The notes under the pieces are model-generated. The model was given only the letters and a program-made list of their open reading frames with translations. It ran no database searches and was not told the origin of the DNA. This document shows positions 39,869 through 48,704 of a stretch of DNA of 64,000 nt, one piece after another. Made by a program: the position numbers and the translations under genes. Position 1 is the stretch's first letter, and the number at the start of each line of letters is the position of its first letter. This stretch comes from a virus: positions 32,001-96,000 of IMG/VR virus record IMGVR_UViG_3300021138_000002; one strand, written 5' to 3'.

Positions 39869-40714
39869 ATGACATCGAAATTTGAACAGTTGATCGAATA
39901 TGTGATCAACGATGAAGAAGACAAAGCTAAAGAGCTTTTCCACGACATAGTAGTTGAAAAAAGTCGTGAAATCTATGAAAACCTCATGAACGAAGAAGAT
40001 CAGGACGACGAGGAAGAAGACGGCGAAGAGGAAGACCTCGACGAAGGCATGGAAGATGAAAGCATGGGCGGTGACGCCAGTGACAGCTTGATTGACGACG
40101 TTGAGAGCGAAGAAGCCGGCATGCAGATGGAAGGCGACGAAGAGTTTGACGACGAAGCCGAAGAAGACGGCGAAGATTTAACTCACGACATGGAAAAAGA
40201 CCATGACGAAGACGGTGATATCGAAGACAGAGTCATTGACTTGGAAGACAAGTTAGACGAACTCATGGCCGAATTTGAAGCCATGATGGGCAATGACGAA
40301 GGCGGTATCGACAGCGATTTACAAGGCGAAGAAGGCGACGAATTGGCCGGTGATGCTCTAGAAATGGACGACACCCAGGCATTTGCCGACAACGACATGG
40401 ACGAAATGGGCATGATGGAAAACGTACAGTTAGACAAAGTTCCTGCTCCAAAGCACGGCGATGACGGTGCCAACAACAAAAGCGTAGTGGCTTTCAACTC
40501 CGGCGCCAAAGGCATGCAAGGTGCTCCAGTCAAAATGACCGGCGATGTAGCACAAGGCCGTCCAGCTCCTAAAACTGCTGATTTACCCGAAGCCGGCAAG
40601 TTCAAAAACACCCCCGGTAAAGGCACAAGCAACACCAAGTTAGATGCGGCCCCAAAGCCAACTTTGACACAGGCTGCTGGTACAAACACTAGAACTCCTT
40701 TTCCAAAAGGATAA
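39869..40714 (+). CDS. Acidic prohead core/scaffold protein
   Basis: Extremely Asp/Glu-rich with a coiled-coil segment (IEDRVIDLEDKLDELMAEFE). SD AAGGAG. Occupies the position of T4 gp67/gp68. Confidence 0.7.
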   Translation: MTSKFEQLIEYVINDEEDKAKELFHDIVVEKSREIYENLMNEEDQDDEEEDGEEEDLDEGMEDESMGGDASDSLIDDVESEEAGMQMEGDEEFDDEAEEDGEDLTHDMEKDHDEDGDIEDRVIDLEDKLDELMAEFEAMMGNDEGGIDSDLQGEEGDELAGDALEMDDTQAFADNDMDEMGMMENVQLDKVPAPKHGDDGANNKSVVAFNSGAKGMQGAPVKMTGDVAQGRPAPKTADLPEAGKFKNTPGKGTSNTKLDAAPKPTLTQAAGTNTRTPFPKG

Positions 40715-40723
40715 TAGGCAGAT

Positions 40724-41371
40724 ATGGCTCGATATCTAAAAGAACATCTCAGCTTTACTCAGGCCAACATTGAACTGTTGACTGAGGAAGCTGCTGATGG
40801 ACACGGCAAAACTTTAAAACTCAAAGGAATTTGCATTGAGGGCGGCGTAAGAAACGCCAACGAGCGTGTGTATCCAGTAACCGAAATAGCCAAAGCAGTA
40901 GACACCATCAATGAACAAATCAAGAGTGGTCACAGTGTGTTGGGTGAAGTAGATCATCCAGACGATTTGAAAATCAATCTAGATCGAGTCAGTCACATGA
41001 TTGAACGCATGTGGATGGAAGGTCCTTGCGGATACGGCACATTAAAAATATTACCCACACCCATGGGCGAACTGGTAAAAACCATGTTGACCAACGGTGT
41101 AAAACTAGGTGTTAGCAGTCGTGGATCAGGAAATGTCAACGACGCCAACGGACATGTCAGTGACTTTGAAATCGTCACTGTGGATGTGGTTGCTCAGCCC
41201 AGTGCTCCAAATGCATATCCCACAGCAATATACGAAGGCCTGTTAAATCATGCCGGCGGACAACGCTTGTTGGATATGTTCAAAGACCCGGCTAAAAGCA
41301 ACAAAGCAAAGAGCTATGTACGAGACGAAGTGATTCGCCTTATACGTGGTCTCAAAATAGAAGGGAAATAA
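40724..41371 (+). CDS. gp21: Prohead protease (T4 gp21, peptidase S77/U9)
   Basis: RNANERVYP, LGEVDHP, VSH, ILPTPMG, LGVSSRGSG and DVVAQPSAPNAY. Confidence 0.95.
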   Translation: MARYLKEHLSFTQANIELLTEEAADGHGKTLKLKGICIEGGVRNANERVYPVTEIAKAVDTINEQIKSGHSVLGEVDHPDDLKINLDRVSHMIERMWMEGPCGYGTLKILPTPMGELVKTMLTNGVKLGVSSRGSGNVNDANGHVSDFEIVTVDVVAQPSAPNAYPTAIYEGLLNHAGGQRLLDMFKDPAKSNKAKSYVRDEVIRLIRGLKIEGK

Positions 41372-41375
41372 TACT

Positions 41376-42461
41376 ATGTTAGATAGTTTAAAACCGTTAC
41401 TAGACAGCGACTTGATCAACGAGGAAGCTCAACAGCAGATCACTGAAGCCTGGGAAGCCAAGCTCAATGAAGCTCGTGAACAAGTGCGTGCAGAACTCCG
41501 CGAAGAGTTTGCACAACGTTTAGAGCATGACAAACAAGTAATGGTGGAAGCCCTGGATCGTATGGTAACAGAAGGTCTACAAGCAGAGATCCAAGCAGTT
41601 CAAGCTGAAAAGCAACAACTTGCTGAAGATCGTGTACGTTTTCAAGCCAAAATGAAAGAAAGTTCCACCAAGTTTAACGACTTTATGGTAACCAAATTGG
41701 CTGAAGAAATCGGCGAACTGCGTAAAGATCGCAAGATGCATACCGAAGGTATTGAGAAGTTAGAAAACTTTGTGGTACATGCACTTGCCAGCGAAATTCG
41801 TGAATTTGCACAAGACAAACAGGACGTGGTTAAAACCAAGGTCCGTTTGGTTCGCGAAGCTCGTCGTCAGTTGGAAACACTCAAAGCACGTTTCGTAACA
41901 GAAAGTGCCAAGAAAATGTCCAACGCTGTTGGCCGTCATCTCAAGGCTGAACTCAATCAGTTGCAGGAAGATATCAAAGTTGCTCGCGAGAACAATTTTG
42001 GTCGTAGAATTTTTGAAGCATACGCAGCAGAATTTGGTGCTACCCATTTAAATGAGAAAGCCGAAGTTCGCAAGTTGCACAGCATTATTGCTCAAAGAGA
42101 AAAACAACTGGGTGAGGCCATCCAACTTTCAGCCAAGGCAAAAACCTTAGTTGAAAGCAAAGAACGCGAAATACGCATAATCAAGGAATCCAATGAACGC
42201 GAAAGCACCATGGACGAATTGCTTGCTCCTTTAAACAAGGAAAAACAAGCACTAATGCGTAATTTGTTGGAAAGTGTACAGACAGCTAGACTGTCCAGTG
42301 CTTTCGAAAAGTATCTACCGGCTGTATTGGCAGACAAATCTGTGAAAGCACCACGAGTGATCACAGAGAACGTTTCCGTTGCAACTGGCGATAAATCTGC
42401 CCGTGTCCAGGAAGAAGATCACAGCAATGTGATTGACCTCAAGCGTCTGGCAGGGCTTTAA
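41376..42461 (+). CDS. gp22: Prohead scaffolding protein (gp22-like)
   Basis: Long coiled coil containing GRRIFEAY. Located between the protease and the MCP. Confidence 0.85.
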   Translation: MLDSLKPLLDSDLINEEAQQQITEAWEAKLNEAREQVRAELREEFAQRLEHDKQVMVEALDRMVTEGLQAEIQAVQAEKQQLAEDRVRFQAKMKESSTKFNDFMVTKLAEEIGELRKDRKMHTEGIEKLENFVVHALASEIREFAQDKQDVVKTKVRLVREARRQLETLKARFVTESAKKMSNAVGRHLKAELNQLQEDIKVARENNFGRRIFEAYAAEFGATHLNEKAEVRKLHSIIAQREKQLGEAIQLSAKAKTLVESKEREIRIIKESNERESTMDELLAPLNKEKQALMRNLLESVQTARLSSAFEKYLPAVLADKSVKAPRVITENVSVATGDKSARVQEEDHSNVIDLKRLAGL

Positions 42462-42486
42462 AATTAGATAGAAAAAGGAGACTTAA

Positions 42487-43683
42487 ATGTCACAAGAATT
42501 ATTAGAAAGTCGTTGGGGAGAAACCAAAGAAGCATTGCTCGAGGGCTTAAATGGCTCAAAACGCAATTCAATGGCAGTTATCCTTGAAAATACCAAAAAG
42601 TACTTGAAAGAGAACGCAACTTCTGGTTCTACTGCAAGCGGCAACATCGCTACCTTGAACAGAGTGATTCTGCCAGTGATACGACGTGTTATGCCAACTG
42701 TTATCGCTAACGAGTTGGTAGGCGTACAGCCAATGACAGGTCCAGTGGGTCAAATCCACACATTGCGTGTAAGATACGCACAGAGCTTGACTGACAACAG
42801 CCAAGCAGCAACTAGTGTAACAGCCGGCCAAGAAGCATTAAGCCCGTTCACTATTGCAACTGCATACTCCACAGTTCCACAAGGTGCTACTACTGCTAGC
42901 GGTTACACTGGCAATAACACAGCTACCATGGAAGGTACTGGCGGTAAGCAGATTAGTGTTCAGATCTTGAAACAGGCTGTTGAAGCTAAGACTCGTAAGT
43001 TACAAGCACGTTGGACTTTTGAATCTGCACAAGACGCACAAGCCATGCATGGTATTGACGTTGAAGCAGAAATCATGGCTGCTCTTGCACAAGAGATCAC
43101 AGCTGAGATCGATCAAGAGATCCTCTTGAGCTTGCAGACTTTGGCTGCAACCGAGTACACATACAACCAAGCTACTGTATCTGGTACTGCTACATTCGTT
43201 GGTGACGAGCACGCTGCTTTGGCTGTTCTTATCAACAGAGTTGCAAACTTGATCGCTCAGCGTACACGTCGTGGTGCTGGTAACTGGTGTGTTGTAAGTC
43301 CAGCAAGTTTAACTGTTTTACAAAGTGCAACAACTAGTGCATTTGCTCGTACAACAGAAGGTACTTTTGAAGCTCCTACAAACACCAAGTTTGTTGGTAC
43401 TTTAAACGGTGCTATGCGTGTGTTTGTAAACAGCTATGCTCAAGACACACAGAGCGTATTGGTAGGTTACAAAGGTACATCAGAAGCTGATGCTGCCGCG
43501 TTCTACTGCCCATACATTCCGTTAATGAGCTCTGGCGTTGTATTAGATCCGTCAACCTTCGAACCAGTCGTATCATTTATGACACGTTATGGCTTCGTAG
43601 AATTAACGAACACTGCCTCGAGTTTCGGGAACGCCGCCGACTACGTGGGGGAGATTGCCGTCCAGAACCTTAGTTTTTCCTAA
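42487..43683 (+). CDS. gp23: Major capsid protein (T4 gp23-like)
   Basis: LPVIRRVMPTVIANELVGVQPMTGPVGQI, VEAKTRKLQARWT.E.AQD, AFYCPYIPL and FEPVVSFMTRYG. Confidence 0.97.
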   Translation: MSQELLESRWGETKEALLEGLNGSKRNSMAVILENTKKYLKENATSGSTASGNIATLNRVILPVIRRVMPTVIANELVGVQPMTGPVGQIHTLRVRYAQSLTDNSQAATSVTAGQEALSPFTIATAYSTVPQGATTASGYTGNNTATMEGTGGKQISVQILKQAVEAKTRKLQARWTFESAQDAQAMHGIDVEAEIMAALAQEITAEIDQEILLSLQTLAATEYTYNQATVSGTATFVGDEHAALAVLINRVANLIAQRTRRGAGNWCVVSPASLTVLQSATTSAFARTTEGTFEAPTNTKFVGTLNGAMRVFVNSYAQDTQSVLVGYKGTSEADAAAFYCPYIPLMSSGVVLDPSTFEPVVSFMTRYGFVELTNTASSFGNAADYVGEIAVQNLSFS

Positions 43684-43756
43684 TCGAAAAACAAAAGGTT
43701 TGTACTGCGTCTATCAGACGTATCAAAAACAAAAACAACCCAGGGATGGGGAGTTG

Positions 43757-43786
43757 CAAGAAAGCACCGCAAGGTGCTTTCTTGTT
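43757..43786 (+). terminator. Intrinsic terminator after the MCP
   Basis: CAAGAAAGCACC-GCAA-GGTGCTTTCTTG: a 12 bp stem with a GNRA loop. Confidence 0.8.
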
Positions 43787-43813
43787 GACCGCAGTATCAA
43801 TCCTGCCCATCAG

Positions 43814-43821
43814 TATAAATA
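43814..43821 (+). promoter_or_regulatory. T4-type late promoter TATAAATA (one of many TAAATA boxes)
   Basis: Exact T4 late consensus here and at 39528 and 44954. TAAATA cores also occur near 14107(-), 14514(-), 22931(-), 35484, 37684, 48564(-), 48606, 49756, 55114 and 59685, each just upstream of a structural or late gene. Confidence 0.8.
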
Positions 43822-43840
43822 CTCCAAACAAAGGAACACT

Positions 43841-44920
43841 ATGGGATTTTCAATTGGACCAGGATGGAATTTTGCCGGCGGCTGGGCCGTTGGTCCTGCA
43901 ATAGGTGGCGGCGGTGGTGGCTTGACCTGGACTGCTGTTTCTACCATGGGCACGGCAACGGTTCTTGGTGGTATTGGTCAAGTGGTCTATGGTTCGGGAA
44001 CTACCTTTGTGGCAGTTGGTATAAATTCGGTCAATGTACCGGTGTACTCAATCAGTACCAATGGCCTTACCTGGAGCACTCCGGTCGCTATAAACGGAAC
44101 AAACACCGCGGTCAGTCAGATGACAGCCATAGCCTATGGATCGGGAACTTATGTGGCACTGGGCTACGATAACAGTTATAATTCGCTTTACACTTATAGC
44201 ACCAACGGTACCACCTGGATAACTCCAACTGCCCTGGCCGGCGATTCTGCCGGAAACGGGCTGAGTACCCTGGCCTATGATGGAACAAAATTTGTGGCGG
44301 TTGGGACCAATAGTACCAATGCCAGATTCTCCTACAGCTCCGACGGTATCAGCTGGGCCAGCATTGCCAATCTTGGTTCTGGATCTGCAGGATACAACCC
44401 ATACGATATCTGTTATGCCAACGGTAAATTTGTCGTGGTTGGTACTGACACCAACGGCTATGCGTCGGTAGTGACCAGCGCCAATGGTACCACCTGGAGC
44501 AATCCCAGCGTGATGGGCTCAAACGGTGCAACTTTTATACAACCGTGCGGTATTGCTTATACCGGTTCAAAATACATAGCCACTGCCAATGATGAAATCA
44601 ACAATTATCCGGTTTATAGTACCAGCACCGATGGTTCCACCTGGACAGCATGGTCATCCTTTAATGGCTATACCACATATTCTTTTGTGTTAACTCATAA
44701 CTGTGCTTACGGCAATGGAAACACAGTGGTGATAGCTCAACGTGTCAGCGACCTGGCGCCTATCTATTCGGTATCGTCTGATGGTGGTTCTACCTGGACT
44801 ACGCCGTCTGCAACTGCTGTAATTGATCAATTTGGCGCAACCTTGTGTTACGGAAATCTAGAGTTTATGGCTGTGGGTCTTGGTTCTTCCAACAACGCTT
44901 CTTATCAGATTTACAAATAA
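43841..44920 (+). CDS. BNR/Asp-box repeat beta-propeller virion protein
   Basis: Repeated S-x-[DN]-G-x-[TS]-W motifs (STNGLTW, STNGTTW, SSDGISW, SANGTTW, STDGSTW, SSDGGSTW). Start set to the ATG at 43841 after the late promoter and SD. Confidence 0.8.
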   Translation: MGFSIGPGWNFAGGWAVGPAIGGGGGGLTWTAVSTMGTATVLGGIGQVVYGSGTTFVAVGINSVNVPVYSISTNGLTWSTPVAINGTNTAVSQMTAIAYGSGTYVALGYDNSYNSLYTYSTNGTTWITPTALAGDSAGNGLSTLAYDGTKFVAVGTNSTNARFSYSSDGISWASIANLGSGSAGYNPYDICYANGKFVVVGTDTNGYASVVTSANGTTWSNPSVMGSNGATFIQPCGIAYTGSKYIATANDEINNYPVYSTSTDGSTWTAWSSFNGYTTYSFVLTHNCAYGNGNTVVIAQRVSDLAPIYSVSSDGGSTWTTPSATAVIDQFGATLCYGNLEFMAVGLGSSNNASYQIYK

Positions 44921-44984
44921 TTGTTTCTAGTACTGTGACATTTGTGATTTCCATATAAATACTCTAAACAATAAAGGAACACAC

Positions 44985-45719
44985 ATGGTCGCACCATTAA
45001 TAATTGGAACAGGAATCACAGTAGAAGGCGGTATTTCAATAGGCCCAGGCGGCCCTTCGGCACCAATAGCCGGCAGCTTTACAATTAATCACACAGATGG
45101 CGGCGGTGGCGGAGTGGCTAATCAAAGTACCGGTGTTGCAGGCTATATAACCGGGACCTATGACTCGTTGACCATAGTGAGCACTGTGGTGACTGGTAGC
45201 GGAACTGGATCAGCTACAGTATCTGGACTTGACATCCTGTATTCAGCCAATCCCAACGTGTCCAATCCTGCCCCGACTGTTACAATCACGATCACTTACT
45301 ATGCTTCAAATGGTGGTGCTAATAGTTCTAACGGAGTTATTACAGTAAATGACAAGTGTTGTGTTGTTGCCAACGCCATGACTGAAACCGGCATGTGGGA
45401 TCGCAGTCAGTTGTATCAACTCAATGTTTGGGGTTCCAAAGTACTGGATCAAACATTTATGGGACGTGCTGTACACAAAGGTTACCATGTCATAGCACCC
45501 AAGGTATGGGTTCCGCAGATACAGAAACAAACTGCGATAGGACGTTACTTTGGTTGGACATTCGAAAATGGTACCAATATGTTGCGTGGCAAAAAGTATG
45601 ATCGCCGTGCTCTAGTAAGTATAGTACCCTGGATTGCTGTGTTTACTGTGGTTGGTTTGTTTACCAAGCAAGAAACAGCGACTCGTAGTTGGCAAAATAG
45701 CAACAAGGAAACCAAATAA
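44985..45719 (+). CDS. Putative virion surface protein (Ig-like beta domain plus a C-terminal helical/hydrophobic domain)
   Basis: Late promoter and SD upstream. Gly/Thr-rich beta region, then DKCCVVANAM...KGYHVIA...WIAVFTVVGLF. Confidence 0.6.
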   Translation: MVAPLIIGTGITVEGGISIGPGGPSAPIAGSFTINHTDGGGGGVANQSTGVAGYITGTYDSLTIVSTVVTGSGTGSATVSGLDILYSANPNVSNPAPTVTITITYYASNGGANSSNGVITVNDKCCVVANAMTETGMWDRSQLYQLNVWGSKVLDQTFMGRAVHKGYHVIAPKVWVPQIQKQTAIGRYFGWTFENGTNMLRGKKYDRRALVSIVPWIAVFTVVGLFTKQETATRSWQNSNKETK

Positions 45720-46009
45720 TGACACCAAATTTTGATAATTGTATTCTGCATCATGTAATTTCTGCGGCCGCCAGTATGCCAAATTATGTAAGCCCGGTTG
45801 ATCGGTTAAATCAGCACTTGGCCAATTTGCCAGCGGAATTTGTACAAGAATACTGCACACGATGCGAGAGTATTTTGAAAAGCCGGAGTTTTACTGTTGA
45901 ACAGTTGCAAGGTATGTACATCAACACAGTCTTGCCGATGTTGAACAACACCAACACAGCAGAAGATTTTGGCCGAGAGTTGTTGGCGCTGGTTGGCACA
46001 CTCAACTAA
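45719..46009 (+). CDS. Hypothetical helical protein
   Basis: 96 aa, TAATG-coupled to the upstream gene. Confidence 0.65.
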   Translation: MTPNFDNCILHHVISAAASMPNYVSPVDRLNQHLANLPAEFVQEYCTRCESILKSRSFTVEQLQGMYINTVLPMLNNTNTAEDFGRELLALVGTLN

Positions 46010-46048
46010 CAATTTAAAAACAATATTTTACTATAAGGAAAACAAGTC

Positions 46049-46501
46049 ATGTCGGCAGTGGGGATAAAAATAGAATCAGGAATTACCATGGGGGCCGGTA
46101 TTTCAATCGGCGCAGGCTCGGCACCCGGTCCGGCCCCAGGCGGCTCCAACGGAGTGGTCAGCTTTTCAGAAATGACAGCAACTGGAAATATTGTCCAATG
46201 GATCGAAGCCGGAGCGTCGGGCAACGCCACAATGATCACAAACGGATTTATTCAAACTGCCAACGTGGGTACTCCTGGCATCTACAACGGTGTTGCTATT
46301 GTATCGTTGACAGCCAACAATCAGGCATTCTTCAGCACTTACGGCACAGGAAATAGAACGGCCACATGGAGTGCAGGCAGCACCTATACCAGTCCAATGA
46401 CTGTGAATCTTGCTAACAATTCTGGTAATGCAATAGTATTTTACATGAACAACGTGCCTGCTTTCCCGGCCACATTCATATTCCCAGTAACATTCAGCTA
46501 A
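46049..46501 (+). CDS. Putative capsid decoration protein
   Basis: 150 aa, beta-rich. Its N-terminal GIKIESGITMGAGISIG motif is shared with the two genes at 43841 and 44985. Confidence 0.6.
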   Translation: MSAVGIKIESGITMGAGISIGAGSAPGPAPGGSNGVVSFSEMTATGNIVQWIEAGASGNATMITNGFIQTANVGTPGIYNGVAIVSLTANNQAFFSTYGTGNRTATWSAGSTYTSPMTVNLANNSGNAIVFYMNNVPAFPATFIFPVTFS

Positions 46502-46522
46502 AAATCATCTAGGTATATTTGT

Positions 46523-47410
46523 TTAATTGGGCAACAGAAACTGTTGCACCTGCGGCAAATCAAATATCATCTGCGGCAACTGATCGTGTGGAAACGGTCT
46601 CAATACCGAATTGGGATCCCAGGTCAAGCTGGCGCCTTCTCGGAATTGGATACCTCGTTGTACATGAGCCTGGTGTCCGCGATTGGGCCAGTGTGCATAA
46701 CTCCTGCTTTTGGTGGTGATTCTGTCGTCGCCGCCCATCCAGCTAAAATGCCAACCAAATTCGTCAAATATCTTGCCGTCTAAAGTAGGAGCCAAGATCT
46801 CAAACGGCACATGATACTCGCATCTGATTCTGTGCGGAGTGGTCTGTGCTATCAGAGATTTACGACAGATGCTCATGGCCGTGCGCCAGGTAAACGGCCA
46901 GCCCGCAGTTGAATACGGACGCAGATCGGCCCGACCGTAGAGATTGATCAAGGGCAATTTTATCACAGCACCGGGATTGCCCTGTGCCACGTTTAACGCA
47001 AATCCGATATGGTCGGGATTGATGATTTCGTCGCAGTCGCTCATTATGATCCAATCATTGTTGTCAAATTGGTCAATGACTTTTAGTAATCCGTTGCGTT
47101 GATGGCGATCGCGGGCCACAGCTTGTATAGATGCAATGTCTCCGCGATCTTCGGCAAATTGGGCATCAAAATCTTGTCGTTCCATCTGCAAGTTGATGTC
47201 ATCGGCATGGTTAAGCTCGATCACAGTGATTCGTTCTTGCGGCAAGCCCAGTTCCGCAATTAGGTTTTTTACTTGAAATGTCCTGGGCAGGCCAGTGTGA
47301 GTTTTGTCAGCTTCGCAAATCACAAAATGATCTACATGGTCCTGTAGGAGCCGTATTCGTAATTCCAGTAATTCGCGTTCGATAAAATAGGGAAAATAGT
47401 CAACCAGCAT
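46523..47410 (-). CDS. Glycosyltransferase family 17-like (GT-A fold)
   Basis: MLVDYFPYF.E.ELLELRI..L.DHVDHFVICEADKTHTG, HQRN, IIMSDCDEI (DxD) and GWHFSWMGG. Start set to the ATG at 47410 (TGATG overlap). Confidence 0.85.
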   Translation of the reverse strand: MLVDYFPYFIERELLELRIRLLQDHVDHFVICEADKTHTGLPRTFQVKNLIAELGLPQERITVIELNHADDINLQMERQDFDAQFAEDRGDIASIQAVARDRHQRNGLLKVIDQFDNNDWIIMSDCDEIINPDHIGFALNVAQGNPGAVIKLPLINLYGRADLRPYSTAGWPFTWRTAMSICRKSLIAQTTPHRIRCEYHVPFEILAPTLDGKIFDEFGWHFSWMGGDDRITTKSRSYAHWPNRGHQAHVQRGIQFREGASLTWDPNSVLRPFPHDQLPQMIFDLPQVQQFLLPN

Positions 47411-48558
47411 CAGACCTTGAACCAACTGAGATATTGATGTATCTTGTCGGTCACTGTGGCCCAGTCGCCCATTTTGGGCTGTCTGAACAGTCTTGCTGTG
47501 CTGTACCACGGACTGCTATCTCTATTCAACAACCAGCGCCAATCCAGGGCAAACCAGCTGAGCATGACCCAGGTTGGACGGCCTAATGCTCCAGATAAGT
47601 GTGCGACCGCAGTGTCCACAGCCAAGACCACATCGCAATGATGTATCAAGGCAGCACTGTCAGCAAAACTTTGTACTGATCCTGGATAGCAGGCCACGCC
47701 TGCTGCCATCAATGCGTCATTTTCTTCTTGGGTGCAATCAACCTGTAGATTGATCCATTCGTAATTGGGATTGCGTTTTATCAAAGCCAGCATGTCAGCG
47801 AACGGCATGCCCTTGTGTCTGTTGATCCAGGTATCTCTGCGTCCTGACCAACAAAAGCCCACACGTAATCGACGTTTCAATCCCAGACGATCTTGCCAGG
47901 TACGGACGCGACCTGCATCGGCTGCAAGATAATACTGCATGTGACCAAGATTTTCCAAGGTAGTGCCAATCACACCCGGAATGCTCATGATCGGAATCCA
48001 GTAATCAAATCCCACTGGAGTTTCTTCGTAAGGAATCAGTCTGGCAATAGTTTTGGAATTTTCAAGCAACGGAATCAGGCTGGCATTAACATGTACCCAA
48101 ACCTGAGCACCGCGTTGGGCCAAGTCTCCCACAAAGCGTATAAATTGTATGTTGTCCCCGTGACCTTGCTCGCCCACGACCAATATGGTCTTGCCTTGCA
48201 GATCCTGTCCAGTCCATCTGGGCTGTTCGTATTTGGGCAGGAGGCCGTTTAGATGTTCGTATTGCCAGCGGTATTCGTACTGTTTCCAACCATTGGCATA
48301 GTCGCCCATCAAGAGCCAGGCCACGGCCAGATTGAACCGGGCTGTGATATTGGCCGGATCCAGCTGTATGGCTCGTTGCAAAAATGGCACAGCCGCTTCG
48401 GGCTCGGCACACTCTCTCAGCACATTACCGTAGTTGTTGAAGGCAGCCGCACAGTTTCTGTCCTGGGCGATAGCTTGCACATAACAGGCCAAGGCCTGTT
48501 CGGGATTGTTTTGTTCTCTATGGGCATTGCCCTGGGCGATCAGTTCGTTTACGTTCAT
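47410..48558 (-). CDS. TPR-repeat glycosyltransferase (GT-B, family 9-like)
   Basis: N-terminal TPRs (AAFNNYGNVL, ARFNLA), EQGHGDNIQFIRF, RVGFCWSG and VDTAVAHLSGALGRPTWV..DWRW..SPWY.TARLFRQ. Start set to the ATG at 48558, after a minus-strand TAAATA. Confidence 0.85.
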   Translation of the reverse strand: MNVNELIAQGNAHREQNNPEQALACYVQAIAQDRNCAAAFNNYGNVLRECAEPEAAVPFLQRAIQLDPANITARFNLAVAWLLMGDYANGWKQYEYRWQYEHLNGLLPKYEQPRWTGQDLQGKTILVVGEQGHGDNIQFIRFVGDLAQRGAQVWVHVNASLIPLLENSKTIARLIPYEETPVGFDYWIPIMSIPGVIGTTLENLGHMQYYLAADAGRVRTWQDRLGLKRRLRVGFCWSGRRDTWINRHKGMPFADMLALIKRNPNYEWINLQVDCTQEENDALMAAGVACYPGSVQSFADSAALIHHCDVVLAVDTAVAHLSGALGRPTWVMLSWFALDWRWLLNRDSSPWYSTARLFRQPKMGDWATVTDKIHQYLSWFKV

Positions 48559-48704
48559 GGCAATATTTAATTGGGTGTCAGTCCTGGTAAAATATTTTGA
48601 CGCCATAAATACTAATCAACGCAATGGTGCGTTTTATGCTGGTCGGGAAACCCAACAGCGTAGCAGAATAGAACCTGCATTGGACTTCTTTAAGGAGAAA
48701 ACAA

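Noticed and set aside
43655-43840. N-terminal extensions of ORF-track calls (43655, 22961, 29455, 35462, 39501, 47509, 48606)
   Set aside because: They run across terminators, promoters or neighbouring genes. Downstream starts with SD or promoter context fit better.
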